Below, piece by piece: positions 1 to 10,257 of a stretch of DNA of 64,000 nt (position 1 is its first letter; each line of letters starts with the position of its first letter). The notes beneath the pieces are model-generated. The model worked only from the letters and a program-made list of their open reading frames with translations. It was not told the DNA's origin and did not search any database. The DNA is taken from positions 1-64,000 of IMG/VR virus record IMGVR_UViG_3300048914_000231; one strand, 5' to 3'. The DNA comes from a virus. Position numbers and translations under genes: made by a program.

Positions 1-679
1 CGTCGATGGTGTCGGCCACCGTGTTCAGGAAGCAGCTGGCCAGCTGGCTGTGACGGGTGCCGGCGTTGAACAGGGTCGGCGTCGAGCTCATGAAATCGAA
101 CGAGGACAGGACGTCGTAGAATTCCAGCGCGCGGTGGGTCGGGTGGTCTTCCAGCACGGCCAGACCCATCGCCACGCGCATGAAGAAGAATTGCGGCAGT
201 TCTGCGATCTTGCCATTGAGCTTGATCAGGTAGCGGTCGGCGACGGTCTGCAGGCCAATGAAGTTGAATTGCAGATCGCGGTGCTGCACGATCGCCGCGT
301 TCAGGGCGGTCAGGTCGAACAGCGTGCCGAGACGGGTATCCAGCTTACCAGCTTGAACGCCGGCCGAAATGTACTTGGCCAGGTGCGGGTATTCGATGCT
401 GTCGTAGGCTTCCTTGTACAGCTTCTGCAGCAGCAGACGCGCGGCCACGAAGGTGTAGTCCTGGCGCTCGATGTTGATCAGGCCGGCGGCAGCCTGGATC
501 AGGGCGTCATGAATCTGGCTGGTCTTCATGCCGCTGAAGACCAGAAGGTTGGCTTCGACTTCCAGTTCCGACTGCGATGCATCCAGGCCGGCGGTGGCCC
601 ATTCGGTGACCTTGTGGATCTTACCGATGTCGTACGGCTCCGAACGGCCATCGCGTTTGGTGACTTGCATTGCCTGCAT
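1..679 (-). CDS. nrdA: Ribonucleotide reductase class Ia alpha subunit, 5' part (runs off window)
   Basis: Manual translation: MQAMQVTKRDG ATP-cone ... ELPQFFFMRVAMG ... SSTPTLFNAGTRHSQLASCF; AAGGA SD upstream. Confidence 0.95.
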   Translation of the reverse strand, partial: MQAMQVTKRDGRSEPYDIGKIHKVTEWATAGLDASQSELEVEANLLVFSGMKTSQIHDALIQAAAGLINIERQDYTFVAARLLLQKLYKEAYDSIEYPHLAKYISAGVQAGKLDTRLGTLFDLTALNAAIVQHRDLQFNFIGLQTVADRYLIKLNGKIAELPQFFFMRVAMGLAVLEDHPTHRALEFYDVLSSFDFMSSTPTLFNAGTRHSQLASCFLNTVADTID

Positions 680-725
680 GCTTTTTCCTTGTTGGTGTTG
701 GGGTGTGGGGAAGGGATTATATCCA

Positions 726-739
726 AGTCAGTTCTGACT
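726..739. promoter_or_regulatory. AGTCA-N4-TGACT palindrome, nrdA promoter
   Basis: AGTCAGTTCTGACT; minus-strand TATAAT at 716-721. Confidence 0.85.
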
Positions 740-758
740 TAGGTATAAGGATAAAAAT

Positions 759-1190
759 TTACCAGGCGCCGCTGCTGTTTTCCGGCACATCCGGGTTGAC
801 GACCGGCAGGTGCGTCATGTACTCGCGTTCAAAAACTTCGCGCGGCACGCCGTGTAGCGTGACCTCATTGGTGAACGGATCGACACTGTCCCACGCGGTT
901 TTCATGCGCTCCGCCACTTCGTGGTGGCAGCCGCCCGGTGCGCGGTCGCACTTGAGCCAGCCGTGAATCTTCGGCCGCATTGTCTTGTAGTCATCGTCAA
1001 TCATGGCGTGAACCTTTGCATTGGCGCAGCCAATGCAGCGTTGGTCCAGACGCGCCGCGGCTTCATGCTCAAGGTGCGCCTCGATCATTCTTTTGATGCG
1101 AACTTCATTTTCTCTCGCGCCGACCACCAGCGAATCGGCGCTATGCGTCACGCCTAATGGGCCGATGGCGTTCAAAAGAGGTTTTCCCAT
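759..1190 (-). CDS. Hypothetical protein with Cys/His motifs, ends SGAW
   Basis: 143-aa ORF directly downstream of a promoter, GGAG SD. Confidence 0.75.
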   Translation of the reverse strand: MGKPLLNAIGPLGVTHSADSLVVGARENEVRIKRMIEAHLEHEAAARLDQRCIGCANAKVHAMIDDDYKTMRPKIHGWLKCDRAPGGCHHEVAERMKTAWDSVDPFTNEVTLHGVPREVFEREYMTHLPVVNPDVPENSSGAW

Positions 1191-1224
1191 GTTCCTGCTC
1201 CGATTCAGTCAGCATCTACATTAT

Positions 1225-1238
1225 AGTCAGCGCTGACT
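1225..1238. promoter_or_regulatory. AGTCA-N4-TGACT palindrome overlapping TATAAT
   Basis: AGTCAGCGCTGACT; minus-strand TATAAT at 1220-1225. Confidence 0.85.
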
Positions 1239-1256
1239 GAATTCATCAGACAAAAG

Positions 1257-1832
1257 TTATGCGGCCACGGGCATGGTGCGCCGCTCGTTACGGATAAGCT
1301 GACCTGCATAGGCCGGGGCGACGCCGTGCTTGCGTGCGAGCCTGGCAAGTTCGCCGCGGCCCTTATGCGATGCAGCCCAATCGCGACGCAAGCGTTCGAC
1401 AAGTTCGTCCGAATACTTTGCGCAATAGTGGTCCATGCCACGAATAAGCGTGCCATGCTCTCTCTTGTCATCTTCATTTTCCTGACGGCTGCCCCATCGT
1501 AGATTGCTCAGTCGATTATTTGCAGTATTGCCATCATTGTGGCAGCCCTCCCGCTTGTCTTTCGGCGCCGGGCCGACAAATGTCAGTAGTACCGCACGAT
1601 GTATCGCCACATTGCCGTTTTTGGTCGGCGTGCACAAGTGCGCGTACAGATAGCGCTTCTCTGCATCCAGACGCGGCGCAAGAATCTTTTCCTTCATTAC
1701 ACGTGAATATACCTTTCCGGTTCGACTTTGCTGCTCAATCGTCCTGGTAAGCGACTTGATCCGCCCGAGGTCGGAGACCGCATACCAGCCTTCGTACCCC
1801 GGGATTTCTTTCCAATTTTCCACAATCAGCAT
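1257..1832 (-). CDS. NUMOD4-HNH homing endonuclease
   Basis: ENWKEIPGYEGWYAVSDLGRIKS (NUMOD4); IHRAVL..F..GCHNDGNTANNRLSNLRWG..EN (HNH_3); C-terminal HTH-like tail. Confidence 0.9.
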   Translation of the reverse strand: MLIVENWKEIPGYEGWYAVSDLGRIKSLTRTIEQQSRTGKVYSRVMKEKILAPRLDAEKRYLYAHLCTPTKNGNVAIHRAVLLTFVGPAPKDKREGCHNDGNTANNRLSNLRWGSRQENEDDKREHGTLIRGMDHYCAKYSDELVERLRRDWAASHKGRGELARLARKHGVAPAYAGQLIRNERRTMPVAA

Positions 1833-1837
1833 CTTTA

Positions 1838-1851
1838 AGTCAGTGATGACT
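1838..1851. promoter_or_regulatory. AGTCA-N4-TGACT palindrome between -10 and HNH start
   Basis: AGTCAGTGATGACT; minus-strand TATAAT at 1853-1858. Confidence 0.85.
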
Positions 1852-1873
1852 GATTATATCAAATTGCTTTAAA

Positions 1874-2473
1874 CTATGCAGCGATTTTATCCATCGACCG
1901 ATACATGTTCAAAAGGGAACGGAATTCATCCGTTTTCAAACCCGCCTCAATGGCCGAAAGTGCGTCGGCGATGTGCTCGCACTTGCTGGCGATCGGCACG
2001 CGCACGCCCTTCTTGACCTGCATGGGCCATGGCGCGCCCGGGTACTTGGCGACCATCGCCTCGATCATTTCCTCCTTGGTCGCGGTTTTGATTCCGCAGC
2101 CGGCCAGCTTGACTTCGGTCGGCGTGACCTGAATGATCGGCAGCCGCGCGCGCACCGCGGCGATGATGCCAAGCGAGACGCCGTACGAGACCATGGCACG
2201 CGCCGACTGGCTGCCGACCGGAACCTCGACAAAGGCGATCGCGCGGCCGTCAAGCAGTTCGACCACGCCGTCGTGCAGCGTGCCGGCGCGGTCCAGGTCT
2301 TCGCTGTTCTTGCGCACGACCTTCTTTTTGGTCTTGTCCTTTTCGGGCTCGGTGGTAACGACCGTCATGTCCTCGACGGTGATGTCCAGCGTGTCGATGT
2401 TCAGGCGCGCGCGTACGGCGCCGAAGTTACTCAAACTCGGATCGAGTCCGATGATGGCGATGGTGCGGCTCAT
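1874..2473 (-). CDS. RuvC-like Holliday junction resolvase
   Basis: IIGLDPSLSNFG, FVE, PTEVK..ATKEEM, EHIADA: RuvC acidic motifs. Confidence 0.85.
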   Translation of the reverse strand: MSRTIAIIGLDPSLSNFGAVRARLNIDTLDITVEDMTVVTTEPEKDKTKKKVVRKNSEDLDRAGTLHDGVVELLDGRAIAFVEVPVGSQSARAMVSYGVSLGIIAAVRARLPIIQVTPTEVKLAGCGIKTATKEEMIEAMVAKYPGAPWPMQVKKGVRVPIASKCEHIADALSAIEAGLKTDEFRSLLNMYRSMDKIAA

Positions 2474-2489
2474 GTGTTTCCTTTCGTGG

Positions 2490-2909
2490 TTACCACGTGG
2501 GTGTGGAGGTGGGAATATCGGCGATCTTTGCTTCCAGCTCCTTGATCAATGCGCCCATGTCATTGCGCAGCTGGTTCATTTCCGCAGTCTGTTTGTTGAA
2601 CATGTCGAGCAAAACGGCATTATCATTCTCCAGCTTTCTGATCTTGTCCGCCGCCATGTGACCGCCGCTGACAAACTGGCGATTTATCTCCTGCGTTTCA
2701 ACGTATATGAAACGCCGGTAGAAGTCCCGCAGGCTGATCGGGGTATTGCTTTCGTCCCTGAATTCGACATCCCTGACAACGAATTTGCCTTCCTCGGTGG
2801 CAGACAATGCAATACTCGCGCTGGCAAGACTCGCGCCGGTGATGGTGAGAGTCCCTTTGCTTATTGTTGGGAAGGTTTCGGCGTCGGTGGCCTTGTCGTC
2901 TTTCACCAT
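2490..2909 (-). CDS. Hypothetical coiled-coil protein
   Basis: Start moved to the ATG after an AAGGAG SD; overlaps upstream stop. Confidence 0.65.
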   Translation of the reverse strand: MVKDDKATDAETFPTISKGTLTITGASLASASIALSATEEGKFVVRDVEFRDESNTPISLRDFYRRFIYVETQEINRQFVSGGHMAADKIRKLENDNAVLLDMFNKQTAEMNQLRNDMGALIKELEAKIADIPTSTPTW

Positions 2910-3244
2910 GTCTCCTTTCCTTGTGAGCTTTCGGGCAGGTCGCACCCTTCGGCTTCGGTTCTCTTCCTGCCGATCGGCAGGTCATAGTCGGTGCGTGGCG
3001 GCGCCTTGATGTCCGGGAATGTCGGGCGCGTAGCGACGGGCTTGAGCTCAACCTCCAGTCTCGTGCAGCCAATCAGGTCGTGCAGCATATCCCATTGCGT
3101 CTTGTCGCGACTGTTGACCCGGCATGTGATGGTCAGGGTGGCTTCGCTATCCATGTGCATTGCGACAGACCCTGTCAGGGTATCTGCCGTTTTCCTGTGA
3201 TGATCTACCTTGACCTGTATGTCGTCAACGATCGTCTTCACCAT
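2903..3244 (-). CDS. Hypothetical protein
   Basis: 113-aa ORF coupled to both neighbours. Confidence 0.65.
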   Translation of the reverse strand: MVKTIVDDIQVKVDHHRKTADTLTGSVAMHMDSEATLTITCRVNSRDKTQWDMLHDLIGCTRLEVELKPVATRPTFPDIKAPPRTDYDLPIGRKRTEAEGCDLPESSQGKETW

Positions 3245-4131
3245 GCGCCAAACTCCTGGTATTCACTGGACAGGCGCTGGTTTTCGATTTCCTGCAGCTT
3301 GGCGAAATCGATCGTGCGCACCTTTTCCAGTTCGACGTAGAAGTTGCCGCCGGCGGCGTGATCCGCGACCTGACGCCAGTGGTTGAGACTTGACTCACAA
3401 TCGCCTTGTGGCAGTTCGATGTAATCGTAATCGGACACGGCTGTCGGGCGCATCCTGAAGATTAGGCGGTGGCCCAGCTTGCCCGACCCCACGTACACCT
3501 CTTCCATGACGAATTCTTCGCCGCCGATATGGTTGCGCTTGCCAAAGCCGGCCTTGCGCATCACCGTGACGCTCATGGGTCCGGACAGTGTGACGCGGCG
3601 GTCCGGCTTGGGCATTCCACCCAGCCGTTCCGTCATGATCTGGGCCAGGTTTTCCAGTGCCGCGACAGCTTCGGGGCTGAGCGTCTTTTTCGCTTCCTTC
3701 ATTGCTGCCTCTTTGTCGATCTCTTCATTATTTCGCTTTTTCGGGTTGAGATTCGCCATCACTTTCTCAATTTCTTCGAATGTGATGGTGGACGAGCTTG
3801 TCGCCGCCGTCGTCATTGACTCTTTACCCAGCATGTCGTCCATTATGGATTTGCGCATGCTGCCCTGCAACTCTTCCGTCATCAGTCTTGACATGACGGA
3901 TTTGCCCATTTTGCGACCGCCCAAGAAAACCAATGATTCGCTGGGCTTAAAACCTTCCATCATCTTCTTGATGCTCTGGTACTGCGATTTCCACTTCTCT
4001 TCCTGCTTCCCGCACAATTTATCCAGCCCGCCGGCCGCCTTGATGGACTCGACGTCGAAAAAGGCCCGTGGACTTTCGTCCACAGCCTTCATGATTTCAA
4101 ATACGGCCGAAGCCGGATTCTTAGAGTCCAC
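3238..4131 (-). CDS. Hypothetical protein, ends FGAW
   Basis: Probable GTG start at 4131 with GGAG SD lying inside the duplicated sbcC tail. Confidence 0.7.
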   Translation of the reverse strand: MDSKNPASAVFEIMKAVDESPRAFFDVESIKAAGGLDKLCGKQEEKWKSQYQSIKKMMEGFKPSESLVFLGGRKMGKSVMSRLMTEELQGSMRKSIMDDMLGKESMTTAATSSSTITFEEIEKVMANLNPKKRNNEEIDKEAAMKEAKKTLSPEAVAALENLAQIMTERLGGMPKPDRRVTLSGPMSVTVMRKAGFGKRNHIGGEEFVMEEVYVGSGKLGHRLIFRMRPTAVSDYDYIELPQGDCESSLNHWRQVADHAAGGNFYVELEKVRTIDFAKLQEIENQRLSSEYQEFGAW

Positions 4132-4660
4132 GATGGGTCGCTCCGGTGATTTCAGATACCCCGCCCGCCTTCTTGCTGCGGTTGCGGGCCTGTTCGGCTG
4201 GCGTCGCCCAGCGACAGTTGCCGGGTTCGTAGTCGCCGTCGTTGTTCGGGTAGCGGTCGAGTGTCTTGCCCGCCGGCCGTTCGCCCATGTCGGCCAGGAA
4301 GTTCGCGAACTCCTTCCAGCGCTCGCAGACGACAATCCCGCGTCCGCCATATCGGTGGTAGTCAGGGTTGTTCGGGTTGCCGCACCTACCTATCATTGAC
4401 TTCCACGACGTATAGGTTGGCGTACCGGCCTTGCGTGCACCGTGCTTCGTATGCAAAACCGAAGCGTCAGCCCGCGCCACGCACCCGCAAGATTCCTGGC
4501 CAGCATTCAGCACGGTGCTGAACAGAACCTTCACAGTGCCACAGTCGCATTTGCAACGCCACTTGGCCGTGCCGTTGCGGGACTTTTCCGCCAACTCCAC
4601 CACTTCGAGCTTTCCGAAGCGGCGCCTCTTCAGGTCTTTTGCTCTTCCCAGCTTCATCAC
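4121..4660 (-). CDS. Phage HNH homing endonuclease (Cys-rich N-terminus, YGGRGI type)
   Basis: [19 protein letters not shown]; [40 protein letters not shown]. Confidence 0.9.
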   Translation of the reverse strand: MMKLGRAKDLKRRRFGKLEVVELAEKSRNGTAKWRCKCDCGTVKVLFSTVLNAGQESCGCVARADASVLHTKHGARKAGTPTYTSWKSMIGRCGNPNNPDYHRYGGRGIVVCERWKEFANFLADMGERPAGKTLDRYPNNDGDYEPGNCRWATPAEQARNRSKKAGGVSEITGATHRGL

Positions 4661-4701
4661 AGTCCTTTGTGCGTAGCGCCAGTGATTTCAGATACGCCGC
4701 C
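4121..4701. repeat. Imperfect 45-bp direct repeat (4121-4165 / 4657-4701), sbcC 3' tail duplicated around the HNH gene
   Basis: Both copies encode [11 protein letters not shown][K/R]GL-stop. Confidence 0.9.
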
Positions 4702-6606
4702 GGATTTTTTCACATTGATCACGGAGTCAATCCAGTCTTTCAGCGACTTGTGGCTGATCACCATCACGGTGCCGCGTTCCTTCGCCTTCTTCTCCAGCAC
4801 GCCGATCAGGCGCTCCAGGCCGGCCTCGTCCAGCGCATCGTCGATCTCGTCACCCAGCCACAGGTTGATCGGTTTCTCGGCGCGCGAAGCAACCATGTCC
4901 TGCAGCGCGAGATTGGTGGCCAGGCGCACCTTGCGCTTCTCGCCGCCGGACAGCAGCTTGAAGTTGTCGCCGCCCTTGGCATGCGTGACGTCGATGTTGA
5001 ATTTTTCCTTAAGCTCGCCCTTGCTGTTTTTCGCGAGCGTCGACCACGTTGCGGTGATGTTCCCGTCCGCCAGCGCGCCCAGATATTCGCTGGTACGCTC
5101 GTTGAGAAATGGCGTCACGGTATCGAGAATGTGCGCACGCACACCCGCCGGGCCGAACACTTTCGCGGCCTCTTCCATGAGGCGCGCTTCGTCTTCCTTG
5201 CCCGATGCGTAAATGGCGGCGTCGTCCAGGTCTTTCTCCAGTTTGGTGATGTCGGCCTGTTTGGTTTCGATCACCTTGGCCCACGGGTTCGGTTCGGTCA
5301 GGCGCGCGCGGGCGGCGTTCTTTACACTGGCAATCGCGTTTTCCCGGGCTTCGATGGCACCGATCAGCTTCTTGGCCGTGAGCAGCCGCTCATCGATTTC
5401 AGCCTGTTCGGCGGCAACCGCCGATACGTCCGGGATGGTGGCTGCGAAGTCCGCAACTGCTTGCTTTGCAGCATTATGCGCCGCGACCGCAGCTTTCGCC
5501 AAGCCGGCGGTTTTCAGCAGTGTCGTTTTTGCGTCGTCGATCGCCTTTTGCTTCGCCGCGCGCGCCGTGTCCAGGTCGTGTTCGTGGTACGGCTTGCCGC
5601 ATTCACCGCATGGCGTGCCCACCAGCGCCTCGACATTGGCAAGACCTGTCTGGCGCGCGGCCAGGTCGCGCTTTTGCGCCTCGACTTCACCCAGCAGGCG
5701 TGTTGCGTCGCGGTCGGCGTTGCGCTCGGCAACCTGCAGCGTCGCCAGCCTGTCGGTCAGCGTCTTGTGCCCGGTCAGGTCAGCCTGCAGTGCGGCGCGG
5801 CGCGCGGCAAGGGCTGTTTCGTCGATGCCGGCCAGGCGGTCCTTCGCGGTGCCGATCTGCGCCTCGTACGTGGGCACGTCCTTGAGTTCGTCGCGCGCGC
5901 GCGCCTTGCGCTCGGCTTCGAAGCTGGCGTGTTCGGTCTGGCTTTCCTTGAGACGCTCGCGCATGCCATCCAGCGTACCCTGCAGGCTTTTCACGTGCGC
6001 GGCCGCGGTGTTGTATTCCCTGTCGGCCGCCAGTGCGCGTGCATTCGCCTCCCTGTACGCGTCAGCCAGGATTTCGACGCCTGCGGCCTCCTCGATCAGC
6101 AGCTTGAGGTTCTTGTCGGTCATGCCGGGCAGGTCGGGCATCGCCTCCTGGCCCGCATAGATCGAACCCTTGAACACGTCGAGCGAGCAGCCGAGAATCT
6201 TTTCGATCACCGCCTGGGTCTCGCGGTCGGTGCCCTTGGTCAGGTCGTTTTCGGCACCGGTCTTGAGGTCATATTCCTTCACACCGACCATGTTCTTGCC
6301 GGTGCTGTGCTTGCGGTAGCGCGTGATCCGGTATTCCATGTCGCCGTCGCTCCAGACCTGGTCGACCGAGCATTCTTTTTTGGCGGCGCGGTTGACCACG
6401 ATGTCGCCTGAGGCGCCGCGCGCGGTCTCGCCGTACAGGCCCCAGCAGATCGCGTCGACGATGGAGCTCTTGCCGGCGCCGTTGCTGTTGGCACTGGTGT
6501 CGTCGTCGTTCTCGCCCTGGATGAGCAGCAGCCCGCGATTGTCCAGTTCCAGCTCGGCGTGACTGATCGTCAGGAAGTTGTCGATGATGATTTTTTTCAG
6601 GTCCAT
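4657..6606 (-). CDS. sbcC: SbcC/Rad50 (T4 gp46-like) SMC ATPase
   Basis: Walker A NGAGKSS, coiled coils, CGEC zinc hook, LSGGE signature, DE/DALD. Confidence 0.93.
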   Translation of the reverse strand: MDLKKIIIDNFLTISHAELELDNRGLLLIQGENDDDTSANSNGAGKSSIVDAICWGLYGETARGASGDIVVNRAAKKECSVDQVWSDGDMEYRITRYRKHSTGKNMVGVKEYDLKTGAENDLTKGTDRETQAVIEKILGCSLDVFKGSIYAGQEAMPDLPGMTDKNLKLLIEEAAGVEILADAYREANARALAADREYNTAAAHVKSLQGTLDGMRERLKESQTEHASFEAERKARARDELKDVPTYEAQIGTAKDRLAGIDETALAARRAALQADLTGHKTLTDRLATLQVAERNADRDATRLLGEVEAQKRDLAARQTGLANVEALVGTPCGECGKPYHEHDLDTARAAKQKAIDDAKTTLLKTAGLAKAAVAAHNAAKQAVADFAATIPDVSAVAAEQAEIDERLLTAKKLIGAIEARENAIASVKNAARARLTEPNPWAKVIETKQADITKLEKDLDDAAIYASGKEDEARLMEEAAKVFGPAGVRAHILDTVTPFLNERTSEYLGALADGNITATWSTLAKNSKGELKEKFNIDVTHAKGGDNFKLLSGGEKRKVRLATNLALQDMVASRAEKPINLWLGDEIDDALDEAGLERLIGVLEKKAKERGTVMVISHKSLKDWIDSVINVKKSGGVSEITGATHKGL

Positions 6607-6615
6607 GTTATTCCT

Positions 6616-6933
6616 TCAGGGGGTGGTTCCGTTGTGATCGATCCAGTGCTGCATGCAGTCCGGGTGCAGACGCTCGCCGTGCCCGATGCATGCGCCGTCT
6701 TCCTCGATGGCGCCAACCCACAGGTACAGACCGGCCGGCAGCCGCGTGTCCGGGAAGATGAACAGGCTGTCGATGCCGCCACCCATGATGATCCCGGCGA
6801 TGTCGCTTGACGCCGCCATGATGCCGCCGGCGCCGGTGCCACGGTCGCCGCTGTGATTCAGCGCCGTGTGCGCGACCAGGGCCCAGCTGGCACCCGGCTT
6901 GATGGTGTAGATGAAACCTCCGACCTGACTCAT
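6616..6933 (-). CDS. Hypothetical protein inserted between sbcD and sbcC
   Basis: ATGA overlap with sbcD stop; 105 aa. Confidence 0.6.
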   Translation of the reverse strand: MSQVGGFIYTIKPGASWALVAHTALNHSGDRGTGAGGIMAASSDIAGIIMGGGIDSLFIFPDTRLPAGLYLWVGAIEEDGACIGHGERLHPDCMQHWIDHNGTTP

Positions 6934-7997
6934 TCTGCCGCTCCTTTCACGCTGCGTACGGTGGTGAGAATGTCGGCGCATACCGACTGCAGCCTTGCCT
7001 TGTCGACCGCCGCGGTGCTGGTCGTGATGAAGTCGCCGACCGACTGCTCCAGGGTGGCGCCGGCCTTGATGGCGGGGCCGCCGGTGCGCGGGATGATCGA
7101 TGTGTCTTTCACCTCCAGGATCGTGATGCCGAGGGCGCCGCACTTGGTCAGGTGCGCGCGCAGCGCCTCGACGTCGCTTTTCTTGGCGCTGCTGATCTTG
7201 GCGCGCACGTAGTTACCCGGCACGATCAGGGGGATTTCATCGGGGTCGGTCGTACCGTCGATCTCAACGAACGAGGGCGCGCGCGACGCGCGCCATTTCA
7301 CCTCGCCGTCGGTGACGATCAGAAAGCCCGCTTTGGCGCCCACGTCCGACCACGTCTGGTGCGTGAGCGCACCGATCGACCATACTCGGGTGAATACGAC
7401 TTCCTTGTGATGATGGTAGTGGCCCGAAAACACGCGGCGGTAGCCCAGCCCGGCCAGGTAGGCGCCGTCGATACCATGGTCGGGCAGGCCCGGGATCACG
7501 CCGTCGATCGGCGCGTGGATCAGCAGATCCACGTCGGTGCGCGCATGCGCCGGATATTCCTCGACCGCTTCCCTGAATGCGGCCAGGTTGGAAATCCACG
7601 GTACGATGTGCATGCTAGCGTAGGTGGTTGGCTCGTTGACCACCGTGCAGCCAATGCCTTCGAGCGCGGTGATGGCCGACGACACGCGATCGGCTTCGCG
7701 GCCCTCCAGGTCATGGTTGCCGGCGTTGATGACGATATTGATACCGTTGTTGATGATGTGACGGTACGTGTCCATCGTCGGGTTCAGCACTGATGGCGCG
7801 ATGCTGCCACGCACGTGAAACAGGTCACCGCCGTGATAGATCGTCGTGCCGCCGGCTGCCGCGACTTCTTCCGCGCAGCGCAGCGTCTCGTCCAGAATCA
7901 GGCGCAAACGGCTGTTGACGCCGTCGTGACCGGTGGTGGCGAACGCAGACCACAAATGATTGTGGGTGTCGCTGATGATGCCAAAGGGTTTCCCCAT
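6930..7997 (-). CDS. sbcD: SbcD/Mre11 (T4 gp47-like) metallophosphoesterase nuclease
   Basis: SDTH, GDLFH, GNHD, GHYH motifs. Confidence 0.93.
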   Translation of the reverse strand: MGKPFGIISDTHNHLWSAFATTGHDGVNSRLRLILDETLRCAEEVAAAGGTTIYHGGDLFHVRGSIAPSVLNPTMDTYRHIINNGINIVINAGNHDLEGREADRVSSAITALEGIGCTVVNEPTTYASMHIVPWISNLAAFREAVEEYPAHARTDVDLLIHAPIDGVIPGLPDHGIDGAYLAGLGYRRVFSGHYHHHKEVVFTRVWSIGALTHQTWSDVGAKAGFLIVTDGEVKWRASRAPSFVEIDGTTDPDEIPLIVPGNYVRAKISSAKKSDVEALRAHLTKCGALGITILEVKDTSIIPRTGGPAIKAGATLEQSVGDFITTSTAAVDKARLQSVCADILTTVRSVKGAAE

Positions 7998-8009
7998 TAT
8001 TTTCTCCTA

Positions 8010-8023
8010 AGTCAGTTATGACT
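8010..8023. promoter_or_regulatory. AGTCA-N4-TGACT palindrome next to the sbcD SD
   Basis: AGTCAGTTATGACT; upstream promoter CTGACA-17-TATCAT at 8039-8067. Confidence 0.85.
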
Positions 8024-8063
8024 GATTGCTGAATATGTATGATAGCGCCCGCTGTCAGGACTG

Positions 8064-8426
8064 TCAGCGTACGCGTATGGAACGTTTGATGACCGCCTCG
8101 CTCCTGGTCGGGTCGATGCGAAAGCGCACCAGCGGCAGTCCGCGGTACTTGACACCGTCAAACAGGAAGAAGCTGTGTTCGCCGTAGAAGTCGTTGATAT
8201 GCGTAAGGTGGATGCGCTTGGCGCCGTTCTTTTTCCAGATCACGCCGACCGCCTCGATACCCATGTCGCGGCACCTGGCCAGGGTCGATTCCTCGATCAG
8301 CCAGGCCTGCTTGCGGCGGTGTATCTTGCGCGACGTCCGGTGGGCCAGGTACAGCCTGTTGCCCGCCGGCGTCTCGTAGAACATGCCCGTGAAGGCGCCC
8401 ATCACGGTGTGCTTAGTTCGCGGCAT
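8064..8426 (-). CDS. Hypothetical basic protein
   Basis: 120-aa ORF within the operon. Confidence 0.7.
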   Translation of the reverse strand: MPRTKHTVMGAFTGMFYETPAGNRLYLAHRTSRKIHRRKQAWLIEESTLARCRDMGIEAVGVIWKKNGAKRIHLTHINDFYGEHSFFLFDGVKYRGLPLVRFRIDPTRSEAVIKRSIRVR

Positions 8427-9636
8427 CGGTGTTCGTCTTGATGGCCGGGCAATCGCCGCCGCACACGCAATCCATACCCATGCAGATCGGCACGTTTTTC
8501 ATCGACGGCAGGGTGCTGTCCGGGTGTACCTGGCTTGCAGCATCGGAACGTTCGTCAGCACTTGCTACACGGGGCGCCGGTCGCTGGGCCAGCATGTCTT
8601 CCGCCAGCATCTTGATATAGGCATGACCGGCACTTTTGGCCGATGCCGTGATCTCGCGCAATCCGGAAAGTACCCACGATGGCAGCACTGTGGCATCCCG
8701 CGCGTCGCCTGCTTGTGCTGGAGCGTCGTAGTTGAAGTTGCAGGTTGCTCGACTGGTGCAGCCGCAGTTTGGATACTGGCACTTCTTGCCATCCCCTTGA
8801 CCGGGCAGAGGTGCGCGGGCGAGGGCTGCGCGGGCCTTTACTAACGCCGCGTGAGTGCGCATACCCGGCGATGCGACCCCACGCATGATGCACCAGTCCA
8901 ATTCCGCCAGCAGACCGTCTGTGTTCACTGCCGCTACGCTCGGCTCTGCGCGGCGTGACACGGCTTCGTAGATCGCTCCATCACTCGCGCTTGACGTGGT
9001 GGCCGCAGTGGATGCGAGGTAAGGCGCAACGTGGTCCCATCGGCACCATGCGCCATCCTCGGCGTGCGACATCCATTCGCGATCCTTGCCGGGAACCAGC
9101 TTGTAGCGCGGAATGACAGCCGCCCCGTCCTTCTGGCTGACTGCGGGCGATGCGAGGGCGGCGCGGGCCGCATCCCATCCATGGGTGAACGCGATACGCG
9201 CATCCATCGAACGTTGCACGACGGACTGATGCGGGTTGTTTGGTATGGGGTACATCGAGTCGATGGCGCGCATGTAAGACGCCCGCTCATCTGCTGCTTG
9301 CCGGCTGACTGCGGGCGATGCGAGGGCGGCGCGGGCCTGCCATGCAGCCCATAGTTTTGGCACTGGATAAATGAAGTACTGTCCTTCATCATTTTTGCTA
9401 AGATTTTCGGAATAGCCCCTTGGTGCTGCGCCCGGATTATCTTCGCGATACCACGTCTCGAAAAGCGCCCGCTCATCTGCCGCTACGCTCGGCTCTGCGC
9501 GGCGGGCGAGATTGATCAGGGCATGCAAATCGAAGGCATCATTGCCCTTGCCCGCGCGTGCGAGCCATTGGGCGATGCCCTCCACTCGTTGTGTCAGTTC
9601 GTCCAGGTCGATGCCTGCGGTGTTTTGACTGTTCAT
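8413..9636 (-). CDS. Mosaic hypothetical protein with repeated linker peptides
   Basis: RRAEPSVAA x2, ARAALASPAVS x2, ADERA x2, encoded by exact DNA repeats. Confidence 0.7.
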   Translation of the reverse strand: MNSQNTAGIDLDELTQRVEGIAQWLARAGKGNDAFDLHALINLARRAEPSVAADERALFETWYREDNPGAAPRGYSENLSKNDEGQYFIYPVPKLWAAWQARAALASPAVSRQAADERASYMRAIDSMYPIPNNPHQSVVQRSMDARIAFTHGWDAARAALASPAVSQKDGAAVIPRYKLVPGKDREWMSHAEDGAWCRWDHVAPYLASTAATTSSASDGAIYEAVSRRAEPSVAAVNTDGLLAELDWCIMRGVASPGMRTHAALVKARAALARAPLPGQGDGKKCQYPNCGCTSRATCNFNYDAPAQAGDARDATVLPSWVLSGLREITASAKSAGHAYIKMLAEDMLAQRPAPRVASADERSDAASQVHPDSTLPSMKNVPICMGMDCVCGGDCPAIKTNTDAAN

Positions 9637-9926
9637 TTCCCCTCCTGCTGTTCATTCGCCACGCCGGCGAGTAGCGTCGCCATCAGGCGGTACGCGCCGG
9701 TCAGGTCGACGTGTTTCATGGCCATGCCGAGCGCCGTTTGCGGGCGGTCGCGCTCCAGTTGCTCCGCGGTCGTGTTGACGGCTTCCCACGAACGGGCCGA
9801 ATCCAGGCCGAATGACTTGCGACAGACGTCGTACGCACCCTGGCGCACATTGGTCGAGATCGGCTTGCCCATCATGTTGAAGAAGTCCAACGGCGGCTCC
9901 GCCTTCTGGTTCAAGTGCTCGGCCAT
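9633..9926 (-). CDS. Hypothetical protein
   Basis: Coupled ORF with ATGA overlap downstream. Confidence 0.6.
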   Translation of the reverse strand: MAEHLNQKAEPPLDFFNMMGKPISTNVRQGAYDVCRKSFGLDSARSWEAVNTTAEQLERDRPQTALGMAMKHVDLTGAYRLMATLLAGVANEQQEGK

Positions 9927-9927
9927 G

Positions 9928-10257
9928 TCACCCACCCAGCCGCGCGATCGCGTCTAGCACGTCCTGCACGTTCTCGATGCTGGTACGCATCAGGGCTTCT
10001 ACCGGCATTACGGCGTGAACCTTGCGCGCCTCCAGCTTCTTCCCTCTTGCCGCAGTGCCGACGAATTCGAAGCTGTCATGCCATTCATGCAGCGGGCGCG
10101 ACCACACATTGCCATCCAGATCGCGATACACGACAGTGGCCATGAAATCGGGACGCGTGGCGTTCAGGTTCGCCACCGCAACGATGGCGTATTCATTGCC
10201 GTGACGTTTGTGGCGCCAGATGTCGTCGGTCGACGGTTGACGTGCAGCTTGTTCCAT
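9928..10257 (-). CDS. DUF1653-like SH3-fold protein
   Basis: WRHKRHGNEYAIVAVA..VVYRDLDGNVWSRPLHEW. Confidence 0.7.
   Translation of the reverse strand: MEQAARQPSTDDIWRHKRHGNEYAIVAVANLNATRPDFMATVVYRDLDGNVWSRPLHEWHDSFEFVGTAARGKKLEARKVHAVMPVEALMRTSIENVQDVLDAIARLGG

Noticed and set aside
2490-3244. TPTW and KETW termini as members of the W-tag family
   Set aside because: They lack the [WF][GA][AS] part, and KETW is explained by the ATGGTGA start/stop overlap.
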